Assembly (NCBI GenBank): GCA_965206745.1
Contig: OZ242220.1
Coordinates: 256,001-320,000, forward strand
Origin: Nitrosopumilus sp.
GTDB taxonomy: Archaea > Thermoproteota > Nitrososphaeria > Nitrososphaerales > Nitrosopumilaceae
Reading direction: 5' to 3'
Length of the DNA stretch: 64,000 bases
The translations under genes and the position numbers were made by a program. Below, piece after piece: positions 30,843-39,977 of this stretch; the first letter of the stretch is position 1, and every line of letters starts with the position of its first letter. The notes below the pieces were generated by a model that was not told where the DNA came from, did not search any database, and saw only the letters and a program-made list of their open reading frames with translations.

Positions 30843-31816
30843 CTCTGAGAAAAATATCCGAGGGAATCCATGTAGATGATTCCAGAATTCATGCATTGGA
30901 TGAAGTTGATGCGATAGTCTTTGACTGCGATGGGGTGCTAGTTGACATCACAAAATCATATGATATGGCAATTATCCAGACTGTCCGATACGTGTTGGAA
31001 AACCTGGCAAGGATTGACGGTGTGATTGATATTGATTTTAAGATCATTGACGGGTTCAAGTCTACTGGAGGGTTCAATGACGAGGTTGATCTGACTTATG
31101 CTGCAATAATTTCACTTGTTGCTGCCAAAAAGTTGGAACAGGATCAAACGGATTTTATCTTTGATGTGATAAGGAACTCCGACTCTAGCGGCATTGCATC
31201 AGTTGAGAAATACATTGAGGGACAGGCTGATGTCTCTGAGATTAAGAGGCAACTGTCATATCCTGGAACCCATCATGAGAACCCACTGTATCAGATATTT
31301 GATCAGATCTTTTATGGGCCGCAATTGTACAGAAAATTATTCAACAAGACTTCTGACTTTTCCAACCCTGGCTTGATAGAACAGGACGATGTGATTGTAA
31401 ATGATGCTCTGGTTGAAAAATTACAGAAAAAATTTGGCTCAAAGATTGCCATGGTGACCGGGCGGGGAAAGGAGTCCGTAGGTTACTCTTTAAAATCCCT
31501 GCTGACAAAGTTTGACTTGATTCATTCTGTGTTTCTTGAGGATGAACCGCGGGAACTTGCAAAACCCAACCCCCAATCCCTTTTGGACTCGATTGGTGGA
31601 ATGAAGAGTGTCTTGACTCTCTACGTCGGGGACTCTATGGAGGATTTCATCATGGCAAAAAAGGCAACTGATCTGGGATGCAAAACCATGTTTTGTGGGA
31701 TTATAGGCACGAGCAAAAATCCCCAGGACAAGTTGGATTTGTTTGAGAAAAACGGCGCTGTCTTGGTGCTGGACTCTATCAACGAATTATCTGAAGTGCT
31801 ACATTTAGACCCGTAA
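30839..31816 (+). CDS. HAD-family hydrolase in his operon (probable histidinol-phosphatase)
   Basis: FDCDGVL, TGR, KPNP, YVGDS..D. Confidence 0.8.
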   Translation: MTLRKISEGIHVDDSRIHALDEVDAIVFDCDGVLVDITKSYDMAIIQTVRYVLENLARIDGVIDIDFKIIDGFKSTGGFNDEVDLTYAAIISLVAAKKLEQDQTDFIFDVIRNSDSSGIASVEKYIEGQADVSEIKRQLSYPGTHHENPLYQIFDQIFYGPQLYRKLFNKTSDFSNPGLIEQDDVIVNDALVEKLQKKFGSKIAMVTGRGKESVGYSLKSLLTKFDLIHSVFLEDEPRELAKPNPQSLLDSIGGMKSVLTLYVGDSMEDFIMAKKATDLGCKTMFCGIIGTSKNPQDKLDLFEKNGAVLVLDSINELSEVLHLDP

Positions 31817-32228
31817 ATCTTGCCTCAAAAAGTCAAACAGATCCAGAGTCCTCCATCTCTGATGGTCTGCAATGTGACATGACAGATGAAGACAAAAAAG
31901 GCCAATGCATCTTGGCAAAAATTTAGATTTTATCCTGATTTTATAATAAAAACTAAATCTGACAAATATATCATGGCTAAATAATCGGTAGTAAAATTTG
32001 ACCCTCATGAAAACGTACAACCAAAGTTAAAAATCATTTGTTATGAGAACAGACAACTTGATACAATCGTAATAGAGTAAGGAAATAATCAACGGGGCTG
32101 TCATAATGAAAACTGACAGCACAAACCCTGAAATTGGATTAGAACGTATTTTCAAAACCGACTAGACTTCTCATAAGAACGTCTCAATACTTCGTAAGTC
32201 TTTTAATACAATAAACCATTCAAAATTA

Positions 32229-34457
32229 TTGAATAAAATCATTCTGTTAACAATATCATTAATTTTAGTTGCTTCAACGGGTCTAGGATCATCTTATGCT
32301 CAAAATTATGGTGACGTTATACAGAGATGGGATGATTATGTTCAATCATACAAAGTCTATGTAGAAGAATACCAAAAATATGTGGAAAAATATGAAGGTT
32401 ATGTGGCTGAATACAAGAATTATATGCAAAAATACAACATATGGGATGATGATATCATCAGCAGTCTAGAATCAGAGAATAAAGGTGTGAAATCTGAGTT
32501 TGTCAAAATCACGTTAAAATTATACAAAATATCGCCAGAAACTAAACTAGAACCTGTCACCGTGCCCAAAGATGTACAGCCAACAGTGCAGCCAGTAACC
32601 CAGCCAATAGTAGAACCTGTCATTCAGCCAATAGTAGACCCAACGGTACAGCCAGCTGTACAGCCAATAGTAGACCCAACGGTACAGCCAGCTGTACAGC
32701 CAATAGTAGACCCAACGGTACAGCCAGCTGTACAGCCAATAGTAGAACCAGTAACCCAGCCAATAGTAGAACCAGTAACCCAGCCAATAGTAGAACCAGT
32801 AACCCAGCCAATAGTAGAACCAGTAACCCAGCCAATAGTAGAACCAGTAACCCAGCCAATAGTAGAGCCAACGGTACAGCCAGCTGTACAGCCAATAGTA
32901 GAACCAGTAACCCAGCCAATAGTAGAACCAGTAACCCAGCCAATAGTAGAACCAGTAACCCAGCCAATAGTAGAACCAGTAACCCAGCCAATAGTAGAGC
33001 CAACGGTACAGCCAACCCCCAAATCCTCTGTCGTAGAATCTAACACAGTTCCTATATCTCAAACAAGTAATTCCATAGACACACCACCAACCAGCAACGA
33101 ACCTATGAAGTGGTATTATGATGATGGAAGTTTAAAAATACTTGAAGAATATTATGAGGATGGACAAAAGGAGAAGTATACGGAATATGATGAAAATGGA
33201 ATCATCATTGTAGATGAAGAATGGTATAGGGATGGATCTCTGATGTCAGTCATTAGTTATGATTCTAATGGACAAATACGTCAAGAATATGAAGCAGATG
33301 AGAATGGAAAAGTCATAATTAACGCACGGTATCATAGCAATGGGAATTTAGATGAAGTTGAAGAATATGGTGAAAATGGAAAAATAAAAAAGACCACAAA
33401 ATATCATTATGATGGAACTATCCGTGTAGAAACGCAACGACATGACAATGGACATCTAATGTCAGTGATTGAATATTATCAGGATGGACAACTGCAAGGA
33501 AAATATCAATACGATGAGAATGGAGAAAATACACTATTCATAAAATATTATGAGAGCGGACAACTAAAAGAAGAGATACAATATGGTGAAAATGGAAATA
33601 AGAAAAAGACCACAAAATATCATTATGATGGAACTATCCGTGCAGAAAAGAAATGGCATGACAATGGACAACTAATGTCACATATTGAATATTATCAGAA
33701 TGGGCAACTGCAAGAAAAATATCAATACGATGAAAATGGAAAAAATACAATATTCCTAAAATATTATGTGGGTGGGCAACTAAAAGAAGAGATACAATAT
33801 GATGAAAATGGAAATAAAAAACTTAACAACAAATATGATGAGGATGGCAACCTCTACAACGAAATAATCTATTCTGAAAATGGAGATGAGAAATCACACA
33901 TATTATATCGTGTTAACGGACAAATAGATATTTCCACGGACAATTATGGGGATGGTTACCAGTCACATTCTTATGATGAAAATGGCAACCTTGTGCTAGG
34001 ATATAGTTACACACCATCATCCAACAAAGAACCTAAAACCTGGTATTTTAGTAATGGAAATGTACAATACTATGAAGAATATCATGAGGATGGAACAATG
34101 AAAAAGCAATTAGAATACTATGATGGTAGATATGATACGTCAGGCAGATATATTGAAAGACAATACTATGAGGAAGGAACTCTAATGTCTGAAATCCAGT
34201 ATTATGAGGGAGGCGAAATAAGAACTGAATATAGACTTGATGCGTATGGACCCCCCACAATTGATGTACGTTATTATGAGAATGGACAAATACGTACAGA
34301 ACTCATATATCATGAAAATCATAAAGTGGAATTTGATAAGATGTATTATGAAGATGGGACTTTGAAATCAAAATTTCATTATCTTGAAGATCTGGAACAC
34401 AAATCTTTCTATGATACAAATGGAAATCTGATACATTCTGAATATCTCATGTATTGA
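32229..34457 (+). CDS. secreted protein: signal peptide, helical N-terminus, P/V/Q/T linker, MORN-variant (YwqK-like) repeats
   Basis: Repeated YY.NG.L..E..YDENG motifs across the C-terminal ~450 aa. Confidence 0.85.
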   Translation: MNKIILLTISLILVASTGLGSSYAQNYGDVIQRWDDYVQSYKVYVEEYQKYVEKYEGYVAEYKNYMQKYNIWDDDIISSLESENKGVKSEFVKITLKLYKISPETKLEPVTVPKDVQPTVQPVTQPIVEPVIQPIVDPTVQPAVQPIVDPTVQPAVQPIVDPTVQPAVQPIVEPVTQPIVEPVTQPIVEPVTQPIVEPVTQPIVEPVTQPIVEPTVQPAVQPIVEPVTQPIVEPVTQPIVEPVTQPIVEPVTQPIVEPTVQPTPKSSVVESNTVPISQTSNSIDTPPTSNEPMKWYYDDGSLKILEEYYEDGQKEKYTEYDENGIIIVDEEWYRDGSLMSVISYDSNGQIRQEYEADENGKVIINARYHSNGNLDEVEEYGENGKIKKTTKYHYDGTIRVETQRHDNGHLMSVIEYYQDGQLQGKYQYDENGENTLFIKYYESGQLKEEIQYGENGNKKKTTKYHYDGTIRAEKKWHDNGQLMSHIEYYQNGQLQEKYQYDENGKNTIFLKYYVGGQLKEEIQYDENGNKKLNNKYDEDGNLYNEIIYSENGDEKSHILYRVNGQIDISTDNYGDGYQSHSYDENGNLVLGYSYTPSSNKEPKTWYFSNGNVQYYEEYHEDGTMKKQLEYYDGRYDTSGRYIERQYYEEGTLMSEIQYYEGGEIRTEYRLDAYGPPTIDVRYYENGQIRTELIYHENHKVEFDKMYYEDGTLKSKFHYLEDLEHKSFYDTNGNLIHSEYLMY
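32575..33015 (+). repeat. coding tandem repeats: 24-nt (QPIVEPVT) and 36-nt (QPIVDPTVQPAV) units
   Basis: cagccaatagtagaaccagtaacc and cagccaatagtagacccaacggtacagccagctgta repeated. Confidence 0.95.
33366..33810 (+). repeat. 216-nt (72-aa) internal duplication in the MORN-like region
   Basis: tatggtgaaaatgga...catattatgatggaactatccgtg-type block starts at 33366 and 33582. Confidence 0.85.
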
Positions 34458-34754
34458 ATACCGCTCACCATTTGAATTTAATATCATGCAGCAAAATATT
34501 GCCCACTAAAGGCCAAAATTAGGCATGCGTTGGTCAAGGTATCACTGTTCTGACATGTCAACTAAGACTGTCTCTACTGCAATAGTATGAAATCATCTCA
34601 TGACACCAGGGATGTTTCGATCAGAGAATCCTTCATGCAATAAATCCCAGATGATGGAGATGGGGTATAAAATATGGGGCCTACAGCGGTCACAGAATGT
34701 GTCTGATCGCAAATTTAAGGGTGTAATTTTTACACTACCAGCATGGGTAAATTG

Positions 34755-34762
34755 TTATATAT
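34755..34762 (+). promoter_or_regulatory. TATA box for RNA copy A
   Basis: TTATATAT starting 30 nt upstream of the first base of P1. Confidence 0.55.
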
Positions 34763-34784
34763 CATTTAGGTGTAGCAGTGTCAA

Positions 34785-34855
34785 CCATATCCGAATCCCT
34801 TGGGTCAGTTTGTGCTGGCGAACCTCGGGCCTTTGTGGGTGTGGCCTTGTTTTAT
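34785..34855 (+). ncRNA. candidate structured RNA, copy A
   Basis: CCAUAUCC-GAA-UCCCUUGG-GUCAG UUUGUG CUGGC-GAA-CCUCGGG-CCUUUGU-GGGUGUGG followed by a U-rich tract. Confidence 0.65.
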
Positions 34856-34936
34856 TCAACAATATTCTCACATCATAAAGAAATCAATGAACTATCACAA
34901 GTAAAATCATAACTGTGCAACAAGACTCTTCTTATT

Positions 34937-34993
34937 TCATCTGAAATCTTTTTTTAATTGTGTTAAAGTTGGACCGTGTAAATTCATCACACA
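34937..34993 (-). pseudogene. last 18 codons plus stop of a DUF3800-like gene
   Basis: CVMNLHGPTLTQLKKDFR* versus CMMDLHGLILAQLKKEFK* of 37745-38323. Confidence 0.85.
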
Positions 34994-35153
34994 TCATAGA
35001 TGAGGTTATGACAATGATCTAGCAGGTGTTCTCGTGTGAACTATACTGCGCGATACTTAAGTGCAATTGGCTACTGAATCGTGTATGTCATATGTGGTGC
35101 TTGTGCTACTAGCAATACTGGCAGTTGGAGTTTTGACGCCTGCATTTGCTCAA

Positions 35154-35570
35154 CAACCAACCCCTGAACAACCAACCCCTGAACAACCAACCCCTGAACA
35201 ACCAACCCCTGAACAACCAACCCCTGAACAACCAACCCCTGAACAACCAACCCCTGAACAACCAACCCCTGAACAACCAACCCCTGAACAACCAACCCCT
35301 GAACAACCAACCCCTGAACAACCAACCCCTGAACAACCAACCCCTGAACAACCAACCCCTGAACAACCAACCCCTGAACAACCAACCCCTGAACAACCAA
35401 CCCCTGAACAACCAACCCCTGAACAACCAACCCCTGAACAACCAACCCCTGAACAACCAACCCCTGAACAACCAACCCCTGAACAACCAACCCCTGAACA
35501 ACCAACCCCTGAACAACCAACCCCTGAACAACCAACCCCTGAACAACCAACCCCTGAACAACCAACCCCA
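35154..35570 (+). repeat. perfect 15-nt tandem repeat, 27 copies plus a partial (QPTPE)
   Basis: caaccaacccctgaa repeated with no substitutions. Confidence 0.98.
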
Positions 35571-35792
35571 GTCAAACAGATGCGTGAGGGCATACCATTA
35601 AACCAAATTCAATGTAATGATCAAAGAATTCTTCTCGAATCACCTGCTGGCAGACCTGTATGTGTGTTTGATGGTACTGTTGAAAAACTATCTCAGCGAG
35701 GATGGGATGTTGTTGTTTCACTTGAATCTGTAACTGAATCCATATCTGAGGAGATAGAGGAATCAACTGATCAGCCAATCAAATCTATACTT

Positions 35793-36230
35793 GACACTGT
35801 AGAAGAACCCACAACTAACACACCCACTGAATCTATATCTGAAGAACCAGTCGATCAACCCACTGAACCCATAACTGACACTGTAGAAGAACCCATAACT
35901 GACACACCCACTGAACCCATAACTGACACTGTAGAAGAACCCACAACTAACACACCCACTGAACCCATAACTGACACTGTAGAAGAACCCACAACTAACA
36001 CACCCACTGAACCCATAACTGACACTGTAGAAGAACCCACAACTAACACACCCACTGAACCCATAACTGACACTGTAGAAGAACCCACAACTAACACACC
36101 CACTGAACCCATAACTGACACTGTAGAAGAACCCACAACTAACACACCCACTGAACCCATAACTGACACTGTAGAAGAACCCATAACTGACACTGTAGAA
36201 GAACCCACAACTAACACACCCACTGAACCT
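35793..36230 (+). repeat. 48-nt coding tandem repeat (DTVEEPTTNTPTEPIT) with shorter variants
   Basis: gacactgtagaagaacccacaactaacacacccactgaacccataact repeated. Confidence 0.93.
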
Positions 36231-37167
36231 ACATCTGAAGAGACAGAAGAACATCTTGACAAACCAGCAGAACCACAAACAGAATCTTCCCCTGAAAATG
36301 ATATCCTGTATTTCCTAGACGATGGCCATATAACCACAATGTATTCCCCAAAACCGTTCTACCCTGATTCAGTGTGGGTTCCCATACCCCTTGCAGATGC
36401 TGAAATTTTAATGCAATACATGGTAAAAGCCAATGATGATAAAATAATATTCATAGATCACTCATCATCATTACCATGTATTGTTTCTGGCAAATGTCGT
36501 ATACCTGAGGCAGACATCAATATGTTTAGACCATCTATAGAATCTGATGATGCTTATCTGTATCATACAGAAAAAGGCAACTGGTTTTCACTGAGCAAGA
36601 AACATGCATCTTTTGCTACAAGTTTTGATATTGACGCACCACATGCAATAGTTAGTATAGCCTATACCATATCTGAACATATACCATATGATCAACAAGA
36701 TGAATTTATCGTCTCGCTTATGAACAAGATCGCACAGCCTAGTTCTGAAACATTTGCTCTCTTAGGTAATAAGATGATTCTCCCTGGAATGACAAAAGCA
36801 TTATCTGTTCTTGATTGGGTAAACTTGGATGACAAACCTTCTGTAAAAATAGTCTTTACTGTCTGGGCAAATAGTACAGAATCAATTTAACCAGTTAGCC
36901 CTAAATGGGACTGAACGGGAAAGATGTGTACATGAATTTGCAAAAAAGCATATACCTCTAATTGAACCCGATTATTGCGTATCATTTGAGGAAGAACCTC
37001 TGAGAGGCGATTCGAGTTACGTAGATGTATTTGCCGGCACTATTTACCAGCATAAGAGTAGGCCATTGTATTAAGCCTGATGGTCGTTGGTATGTAGATG
37101 TAACTATAGAAGTATTGGAAGGTGAGATTGTTTTTTTACGCATAATCAGAATTTAGTCAAGGACTGA

Positions 37168-37465
37168 CATGAAAAAATTAACATCTCCGAATATGCCCTG
37201 ATCCATTTACAATCAAAAATACAGAAACAACCAGGAACAGCTAAATCAATACCCACTATAAAACCAATCACAGACACATCAACAAAAGATCTCTTTGAAT
37301 CCCATTGCCATGAAAATGGAAATCTAAAAAACCCAAAAAATATAATCTGATTGGAAATGGAAATTTGGAATAGGAAACTCACTACTATGGTGATAACGGA
37401 TTTATAAAATCTGACAAAAGATGGAATGAAGATGGTAATTGGAAAAACAATGTTGAAGGTTGATA
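37168..37465 (+). pseudogene. decayed MORN-variant repeat gene fragment
   Basis: HENGNLK.../GNGNLE*ETHYYGDNGFIKSDKRWNEDGN across a frameshift and a stop. Confidence 0.45.
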
Positions 37466-37562
37466 ATCTACTTGCGGTATACCAAACTATGTCTGGATTC
37501 ATGTGTATTTGTACTAAAAAAGTTCAAAATTGATATTTGGTTTTTATAGCATGGGCAAATTA

Positions 37563-37570
37563 TTATATAC
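37563..37570 (+). promoter_or_regulatory. TATA box for RNA copy B
   Basis: TTATATAC starting 30 nt upstream of P1. Confidence 0.55.
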
Positions 37571-37592
37571 TATTTAGGTATAGTAGTGTCAA

Positions 37593-37663
37593 CCATACCC
37601 GAATCCTTTGGGCTAGTTTGTGCTGGCGATCCTCGGGCTTTTGTGGGTGTGGCCTTGTTTTAT
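37593..37663 (+). ncRNA. candidate structured RNA, copy B, convergent with the intact DUF3800-like gene
   Basis: CCAUACCC-GAA-UCCUUUGG-GCUAG UUUGUG CUGGC-GAU-CCUCGGG-CUUUUGU-GGGUGUGG followed by a U-rich tract. Confidence 0.65.
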
Positions 37664-37744
37664 TCAACAATATTCTCACATCATAAAGAAACCAATGAAT
37701 TATCACAAATAAAACCATAGTTGTGCAACAAGACTCTCCTTATT

Positions 37745-38323
37745 TCATTTAAATTCTTTTTTTAATTGTGCTAAAATTAGACCGTGTAAATCCATCATAC
37801 ATACACCTTTTGGTTCTTCATTGTGGTGGTTAAACCATGCAATAGCGTCTGATAATGAATGTGCCTTATGAGCATCACCACATTTCAGACTAACATCTTT
37901 TAGAAAATTACGGCAATCTTGATCAGACTGAAAACCAATGTCATCTAGTGCATGCTGATGTCGATAAATAAAATCATTCACTTTATTTTTTATGTGATAC
38001 CAAACACATTTGTTAAATTGCTTTCGAATTTTTGCTGTCGAATTTTTATTATTTTCAGATCTTATTTTTTTCATTATCTCGCCAATTACTTGTTTTTGTT
38101 CTATTCGTAGACAAAATGCAATCATGTCGTCTCCTGTAAAATCTAATTCAGAGAAAATTCTCCTGCGGTTCTTTTTATAATAGATGTCTTTCATGTGAAT
38201 TTCATCAGAACCTAGACGACGCATTTGTGAATTTATACTCTCTTGTGTGCCTATGACAATTGCAATATATTGGCAATTGCCAAATTCCTTATTTCCAGAT
38301 ACGTCTATTCCTGCTTCTAACAT
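37745..38323 (-). CDS. DUF3800-like protein (putative RNase H-fold acidic triad)
   Basis: N-terminal GIDVSG, central FQSDQD, C-terminal LSDAIAW resemble the IDESG...D...ADxxA pattern; family call by eye. Confidence 0.6.
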   Translation of the reverse strand: MLEAGIDVSGNKEFGNCQYIAIVIGTQESINSQMRRLGSDEIHMKDIYYKKNRRRIFSELDFTGDDMIAFCLRIEQKQVIGEIMKKIRSENNKNSTAKIRKQFNKCVWYHIKNKVNDFIYRHQHALDDIGFQSDQDCRNFLKDVSLKCGDAHKAHSLSDAIAWFNHHNEEPKGVCMMDLHGLILAQLKKEFK

Positions 38324-38361
38324 ATTAAATCACACTTGATATAATCTAAATTTCAACATGT

Positions 38362-38513
38362 CTATAATATTTTTCTCTCATCAATTTTTTGTGTATTTTT
38401 GTATAATTCTATTGCTCTCTAGTATCCTTTTTGTAAATTCTTTGTGATCTAACCCCTGGCACATCTATCATATATTTACCATCGTCCAACTTTTCAAACC
38501 ATTCTAACAGCAT
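38362..38513 (-). pseudogene. possible frameshifted HicB-like antitoxin remnant
   Basis: MLLEWFEKLDDGKYMIDVPGV.../KEFTKRILE/AIELYK in successive frames. Confidence 0.3.
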
Positions 38514-38775
38514 CTGCACATTGCTAACCAGCTCACATCAACTTGCCAGTGCACGACTAGACGCTAGATTATAACTTACAACAACCCATAGTGCAAAACT
38601 GCGATCTCATTTCTTGTCTAGAATCATACCTTGCACTGTGGTTATTCTGCATTACTTTTCTCCAATTTTACTCCCCCGGTTACTGCCTAAAATTAGGACA
38701 AACTAATTTTTGTACGATTGAGCCCAAAATACGGTGACAAAGTATTAAATTTAGAATGATACAACTACATAATCT

Positions 38776-39372
38776 GTGAGAGACATGGCACCAAGAAAGG
38801 CATCAATTAAGCGGGACACAAAGGAGACTAGCGTTTCAGTATCAGTAAACCTGGACGGGACCGGAAAAACGGCCATCAAGACCGGCATAAAATTCCTTGA
38901 TCACCTGATCGTATCTTTTGGCAAGCATGGCATGATGGATCTCAAGGTTGATGCAAAATCAAATGATGGAATTGAACATCACTTGGTTGAAGATACTGCA
39001 ATTACAATAGGACAGACAATAGACAAGGCACTAAGCTCGCGAAGAGGAATCACGCGATTCAGCTATGCCTCTGTGCCGATGGACGAGTCGCTAGCTGAGG
39101 CCTCAATAGATCTAGTAAAACGCCCATTCTCAAAACTGACCCTCTCCATCAAACGAAGTAAGATTGAGGATGTGTCAAAGGAGGATCTCGAACACTTCTT
39201 CCAGTCTCTATTACAGAACCTCAACAGCTGCATCCACCTTACTGTAAAGTATGGGGACAATGATCACCACAAAGTCGAGGCCGCAATAAAGTCACTTGCA
39301 GTTGCATTAAGGAACGCATCTGCATTGGATAAAAGACAGAAAGGAATCCCAAGCACAAAAGGTTCAATGTAA
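38776..39372 (+). CDS. hisB: imidazoleglycerol-phosphate dehydratase
   Basis: [34 protein letters not shown]. Confidence 0.96.
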   Translation: MRDMAPRKASIKRDTKETSVSVSVNLDGTGKTAIKTGIKFLDHLIVSFGKHGMMDLKVDAKSNDGIEHHLVEDTAITIGQTIDKALSSRRGITRFSYASVPMDESLAEASIDLVKRPFSKLTLSIKRSKIEDVSKEDLEHFFQSLLQNLNSCIHLTVKYGDNDHHKVEAAIKSLAVALRNASALDKRQKGIPSTKGSM

Positions 39373-39977
39373 TGGCAGACGTTGCAATTTTTGATTATGG
39401 CGCCGGAAACATCTTCAGCCTGAAAAACTCTCTTGAAAAGGCAGGAGCCTCAGTTGATGTGATTACAAATTTTAACAGTCCAAATGTATATTCCGGTCTG
39501 CTATTACCCGGTGTCGGGAACTTTGATCCTGCCATGAATAGCATTAGGGAGACTTCCCGGATCCAGTTTAAAGAATACGTGGGCAGCATGCCCGTTCTTG
39601 GAATCTGTCTTGGTATGGAGATGTTCTTTGAGAAAAGCGAGGAAGGAAAACAGAAAGGCCTCAATGTCATTGACGGCCAAGTGATCGTGCTTCCCTCATC
39701 AATGAAAGTGCCGCACATGGGATGGAATGGCCTTGAAATCAAAAAGCCCGGAAAGATTCTAGAGGGAGTCGAGGATGGCTCTTGGGCCTACTTTGTCCAC
39801 TCGTATATCGTCAAGCCCAAGTTAAACGATGTGATAACTGCCGAATCCGACTATGGAATCAGGGTGCCTGCTGTTGTCGAGTCCGGTAATTTCTTTGGCA
39901 CGCAGTTTCATCCTGAAAAGTCAAGTGCCACGGGGAAAATCATGCTGGAGAATTTTCTCAGGGAGTGTAAAAGATGA
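39372..39977 (+). CDS. hisH: imidazole glycerol phosphate synthase, glutaminase subunit
   Basis: DYGAGN, LPGVG, GICLGM, PHMGWN, YFVHSY, QFHPEKS. Confidence 0.96.
   Translation: MADVAIFDYGAGNIFSLKNSLEKAGASVDVITNFNSPNVYSGLLLPGVGNFDPAMNSIRETSRIQFKEYVGSMPVLGICLGMEMFFEKSEEGKQKGLNVIDGQVIVLPSSMKVPHMGWNGLEIKKPGKILEGVEDGSWAYFVHSYIVKPKLNDVITAESDYGIRVPAVVESGNFFGTQFHPEKSSATGKIMLENFLRECKR

Larger units (their letters stand above)
34741..34994 (+). repeat. 254-bp direct repeat, copy 1 (partner 37549-37802)
   Basis: Ungapped, offset 2808, 27 mismatches by hand (~89% identity). Confidence 0.95.
35085..37156 (+). pseudogene. secreted repeat protein, paralog 2; ORF stops at 36890, homology continues across two frameshifts to ~37156
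   Basis: After the stop: ALNGTERERCVHEFAKKHIPLIEPDYC and IRVGHCIKPDGRW..IEVLEGEIVF match the 16225 protein C-terminus. Confidence 0.8.
37549..37802 (+). repeat. 254-bp direct repeat, copy 2
   Basis: Matches 34741-34994. Confidence 0.95.
31817..38740. mobile_element. AT-rich accessory island interrupting the his operon
   Basis: Non-his, repeat-rich and decayed genes between the HAD gene and hisB; no integrase or transposase recognised. Confidence 0.6.

Noticed and set aside
31853-31868. CCATC-tct-GATGG hairpin resembling the inner hairpin of RNA copy C
   Set aside because: Flanking GAA, P2 and UGUGGGU elements and TATA spacing are absent.
31805-32020. 71-aa minus-strand ORF at the island edge
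   Set aside because: Atypical composition, no motif, overlaps the HAD stop.
34785-34844. HDV-like ribozyme (GG-hairpin-CGAA)
   Set aside because: Too little sequence for P3, L3 and the P1 3' strand before the hairpin.
34600-34878. 92-aa ORF overlapping RNA copy A
   Set aside because: No recognisable motifs and the start region is not shared with copy B; the RNA interpretation explains the conservation better.
35154-35570. Tandem repeats as a CRISPR-like array
   Set aside because: No spacers; unit is a multiple of 3 and in frame within a secreted protein. The same holds for 32575-33015 and 35793-36230.
32420-36337. Alternative-frame low-complexity ORFs (GLVVQ, FRGWL, NNQPL, YYWLG, GVGCS)
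   Set aside because: Shadows of the coding tandem repeats.
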